A stretch of DNA of 64,000 nt, from assembly GCA_036630325.1 (NCBI GenBank), contig CP142735.1, positions 868,001 through 932,000 on the forward strand, written 5' to 3'. Source of the stretch: Vairimorpha necatrix (taxonomy: Eukaryota). The first letter of the stretch is position 1, and each line of letters starts with the position of its first letter. Under the pieces are notes generated by a model. It ran no database searches, was not told the origin of the DNA, and saw only the letters and a program-made list of their open reading frames with translations. The translations under genes were made by a program, and so were the position numbers. Positions 59,650-64,000 of the stretch are shown here, piece after piece.

Positions 59650-60080
59650 TAAATGTTACACTTTAGAATTAAAAAAGAAAATAAAAGTTCTTAAAAAAAT
59701 TTATGCAAAAATACAAAAAATCAATATTGGAGTAATTACAAGCCCATATACTAATTGTAGACAATTTGAAGATAGAAGTGATCGTTGTTGAAGTTGGAAT
59801 CACAAGCTGTAACAACCTTCATGCGGTAGAAACAGAAAAAACATAAATACGACTTGCTTCCAAATTATGTAGCTTCTCTCTATAAAAAAAGAGCCGAAAA
59901 TTATTTCTTATTTAATGATTTGAGATGAAATAGTAACTAATTTTCAACGCGCGCAACCAAGAGCTTCGATTAAACCAGAAAACCGAAGCATTATACAACC
60001 AAGACTTCTTAAAATATCTTTAGAAAGCCTAACTATGTCAATCAGACAGGGGCTTGATACTGATTAAGAAGGGGTATTTG
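59650..60080 (+). mobile_element. Degenerate RLE-type non-LTR retrotransposon endonuclease region
   Basis: Fragments NYKP.ILIVD..IVVEVGITS.NNLHAVETEK..KYDLL and ..LLKISLESL, a PD-(D/E)xK-like endonuclease broken by frameshifts; may extend upstream to ~59300. Confidence 0.7.
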
Positions 60081-60541
60081 AGAGTCCAATGCTTGATTTT
60101 CAACAGGAACTGTCAGAAGAGACTGTAAGCGTATCTTGAAAAGTAATTAGTAAGTAAGATATTATATTATACCCAAAAAAGTATTTTATCTTGATGTAAG
60201 TATCCAACTAAAACCATCATTTATACAGCTATAAGCCCTCATATCAACATGATCAATATTTAAATTTCAAAAGGTCTTTTAGCGACAATGTGCTTAAACT
60301 TTTTTTTTTGCATTTAAAGTTGAGCTTGCATGCATATATTACATCTAATACAAACCTCCCTTACAATACACCTAGGCATACTAAAGTATTGTTCTTTACA
60401 CATATCGTAGAGGCGGTTCGCGCTAAAATGATGATGCCGATGAAGTACTTAGACCAGTATTTTTATAGCTTAGACCATTGTACTCACAAATACTCGTTTG
60501 TACCGTTCCCTCACATCCTCCAAAAAAAGAATGTTATGTAC

Positions 60542-61239
60542 GGTACATGACCGTTTGGAACCCGCTTTGGGAAAATGAACCCGCATTGGGAAAATGAACC
60601 CGCATTGAAATTTTAAAGGACCCCCCTTTAAAAAATGGCAAAATTGGCAAAAACAATGTTTGTTGAAGCAGATGAGGTTTTTAGTGATAAAATATATTCA
60701 TACATGGAATATAAAATAAAGTTTATTTTGGAAACATTTGATGCTGAAGCGGCGTCGCCTTGCTCGTTTCTGTAACTGGTAGAAATACTGCTTTTTCCTT
60801 GAGGTAATACAAGAAAATGTATAACCTGTTTCTATTATGATCTCTAATCAATGGGTAGCATATGATGTCACATTAGCTAAGCAAAGGGATGGTCACAGTA
60901 CTAAGAAACACTCCATAAATGCTGTACCCTCTAGCGATTCTGAGTCACAACACCATATAATTTAGTTGGTTTTGGCTCATTTCTATAAGAGATATTCGAT
61001 CTTAACATAAACAAAGAAGAACACTATGAGTACCTTTTACAGTTTCACTAGGCTTTTCAAATTCCCAAAAATCACCGGATAAATTGTCTTCTGTCATTAT
61101 TTAAAATAAATCATCAAGTCCTTTTTTTTATAACTTTTTTTATTTTTCCCTTTTTTGAATTTTTTTTATTTTTCCCTTTTTTTGAATTTTTTCAATGCGG
61201 GTTCATTTTCCCAAAGCGGGTTCCAAACGGTCATGTACC
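60542..61239 (+). mobile_element. Merlin DNA transposon, internally deleted non-autonomous copy
   Basis: Perfect TIRs GGTACATGACCGTTTGGAACCCGCTTTGGGAAAATGAACCCGCATTG; perfect 8-bp TSD TTATGTAC (60534-60541, 61240-61247); transposase remnant IQENV.PVSIMISNQWVAY. Confidence 0.92.
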
Positions 61240-64000
61240 TTATGTACAAGAACAAAATTTTGGGATTTCTTTTTAGCCTGTATTTCAAATGTTTGTCACA
61301 ACAGGCCATACTCATCCCCTTTATGTATTTAGACAAGGCGATCATACTAAACTTTGCCTTCTACCTCTTTCATTGGGGGCAAAAAAGTAATTCTTTTTTT
61401 AAATGATAAATATATACTATAAATAATGCAAAATATTTATGCCATCAGCTTGGCAATGTGGTTTTTATGGGCATCCATTACTTCGGAGTACTTGAGTTAG
61501 AATCTCAGCGTCATCCAATTTATTAAGAGATCAAAAAATTAAAAAAAATTGAATAAAATCATAAACAGTTAATATACATATATGTGGTTTGTTTAATTAC
61601 AAATCACCAAATTTAATAATGTTAAAAATTGATGTAAGGTTTGACAAATTAGTAAAAATAAGGTCACGCATTGGGCGCAATCGATTTTGGGCCCGCGAAA
61701 ATATATAATAACATATTAAGTTAAATACAAATTGGGTTTGTGAAATATTGAGAAATTTTAAAATTAAATAATGTGAATCCTTATTTGGTAAAATATAAAT
61801 TTGTCGATTGTGTCAAGTTTTGGGAGTAATATCAAACAACCCCTAATATACCGTCAGTAATTAAAAAAAGAATTCTTTTATTACTTATACTGGCATTTAT
61901 ATATGATCTTGGAAGATTTCTAAAACTAGATTTATTAGGTTTAATAAGATATATGCAGAAATGAGGCTAACTTATCTGAAGGTCCCAAAAAATGAATGAA
62001 TTCGCGCTATTAAAAAAGAGTAAGAAAGAATTTACTATCTATGATATAAACGAACATTTGGATTAATTTGAGATTCCTTATCATAGTAAGATTTTATTGT
62101 ACTTATAAATAAAGCCGTAAGCTTTGTAACTAGAATTTTGCAAAGAATAATCAAAGTTCATTTCACCAATATTAAACTTTGGAAATTTTTTCTGATGAAA
62201 TTAGATAAGATAACCATTGAGTTAAGTGTACGCAGCTTTTTGTGAAAAAAAATCTTTAATATGATCTTAAGATAGAAACATAGAATTAAGAAAAACATTA
62301 AGCGGTGGTGATTTCAAAATAAAGGCTTTATTCAAGAACGCATCTATATATTTACGGGTTAGAAATATTAGATTTTTTATGAAATTGAAATAGCTCTCCA
62401 TACATGTTGTTGGTAACTGATGCTTTGCGCAAAATCTATATCAAGAATTTATTAAGAACGAAGAGCAACTAATCAAGAAAAACTAAAAAAATGAAAGATC
62501 GCCAATGAAAATAATTTTTTGGTTTTTGATGTTAGTACAAACGAAGACATTTATTCGTAAAATTAAAAATTTACGAATTATTATAAAAATACAAATCATA
62601 GAGCCAAAAATAGAGTATACAATTTTAAATACGATTCTACCTAGGTACAGACATCTAGGGACATGAAAACTAACGTGGACATTAAATAATACTACTCTGT
62701 GAGTATTCTTCTCCTTACCATGTATAATTTTTAAGGAAAAATGGTTTATTTCTCCGACTAAAATTATAAATGAAAATCAAACCCTTGGGGCTATAAGTGA
62801 TATAAAAAGTTAAGTTTGAAACATTCTTTCCGGCCGATGAGAAATTATCAGTCCTCAAAGTCTATCGAATGGAATAAGTAAAAATTGATAGGGGTTGTAC
62901 CTTTGTAAAAGTGTCCAAAATACAACGGAAAAGAAACTAGGAAACTTATTCTGTTAATACAACGAGATATATTAAGATATTTTGTTTATAACTCGCCGAG
63001 TACATATGAAAGGGGTTTCTATGAGAAAATTGCAGTTAAGTTACAAATACAATGGTCATTGCCTTTGCGTTAATGTCGTTAAATGGAAATTTTCCAAAGA
63101 TTTATATGCAAAAAACCTAAAGAAAGACAAATACTGATAACTATTTATCATAAACATAAAGGGTATAAAACACATCGTTCAACGCTAAATACTGCTCATA
63201 ATAAGCTAGAATTCAAAGCTACAGAAATAATAGTATATTTTTGCCGATAATAGGAACATTGTATGATACTTTCATAATGGGGCTAGAAGTTGAGTTAAAG
63301 GTAAAATTTATAATACTATAGAAATAAATTTAAGCTTTCACGTTAAACCTTAACGCATGATGATGTTTTAAAGATTTAAAATTTCATAGTACTTCCTGTT
63401 AAAGTCTTCAAAGTAATTATACCAGCAAGATAAAAACTGTTTTTGAAAAAACACTTAAAAAATTAAAGTATAGAGGCCTGAAATAAAATATAAGTAATAA
63501 AATAAAATTTTTGGGTAGTCTTAAAACTTTATAACCTTAACAAAATTTTTGTAGATTCTATGGGTACGATTATTATTATATTCTATTGAAAATAACGTTA
63601 TAACATAAAGTATCATATATTAACGAATGTTTAAAATTTATGCTTATGCTTGAGGGATACCTTACATAATTTTACAAACTTAGTCTATATGAAAAGAATT
63701 TTTTGAGTTGACACAGCAATTTTAGATGTTTTAAGTGTGGCAGGGCCACATTGTATTTCTATATATTGTCCAACGGAATTGGAAATTTGACTTGAGTTAT
63801 AAATAGGAATAAAAACTATAAATCAGCATGGCAAATTAATGCAGTGAAAAATGTAAGAAATGTGCATTTAAAAGCTTGCACAGGGAAGGTATATCCATCG
63901 ATGATATAACAACAGTTTGTATATGTAGTCTTTTTATTACCACTTTACACAAATCTAGATCAAGGTCCTAACAAAACTTTTCTCGGGTCGTAATACCGAT

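Noticed and set aside
61700-63400. Coding-like decayed sequence, possibly a transposase or gene relic
   Set aside because: No long ORF, termini or diagnostic motif that I can support.
63736-63752. Pistol-ribozyme-like hairpin TGTGG-CAGGG-CCACA
   Set aside because: No downstream CCCTG pseudoknot partner or conserved core.

Overview
Very AT-rich, essentially intron-free eukaryotic DNA. A CCC motif just before most start codons and AATAAA/ATTAAA at or near stops point to a microsporidian (Nosema/Vairimorpha-like; inference). Bases 1-12.1 kb are gene-dense housekeeping sequence: CDK7/Kin28 N-terminus, calponin-homology protein, small OB-fold protein, Rad51 paralogue, V-ATPase proteolipid, TFIIA, FEN1, ORC4-like, PI4-kinase, Enp2/NOL10, Bdp1, Cdc6/Orc1. 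Bases 15-27 kb carry aminopeptidase P, a WD40 protein, FAR-17a/AIG1, Aha1 and two convergent MscS-like genes. The rest is gene-poor and transposon-rich, with a small 14-3-3/CAP island. The most striking signals are: (1) two Ty3/gypsy retrotransposons with gag-pol coding regions but LTRs of only 57 and 49 bp, each with 5-bp TSD, PBS and PPT, where the LTR looks like a minimal host promoter and an in-frame gag ATG is formed at the LTR/PBS junction; (2) a gag-only 2.06-kb LTR element with a 14-bp palindrome in place of a tRNA PBS; (3) an ~800-bp hairpin-rich tRNA-headed SINE with poly(A) tail and 14-bp TSD; (4) a candidate degenerate HDV-like ribozyme; (5) two Merlin DNA transposons and several RLE-type non-LTR retrotransposon remnants. 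All family calls come from motif recognition by eye; no searches were run.
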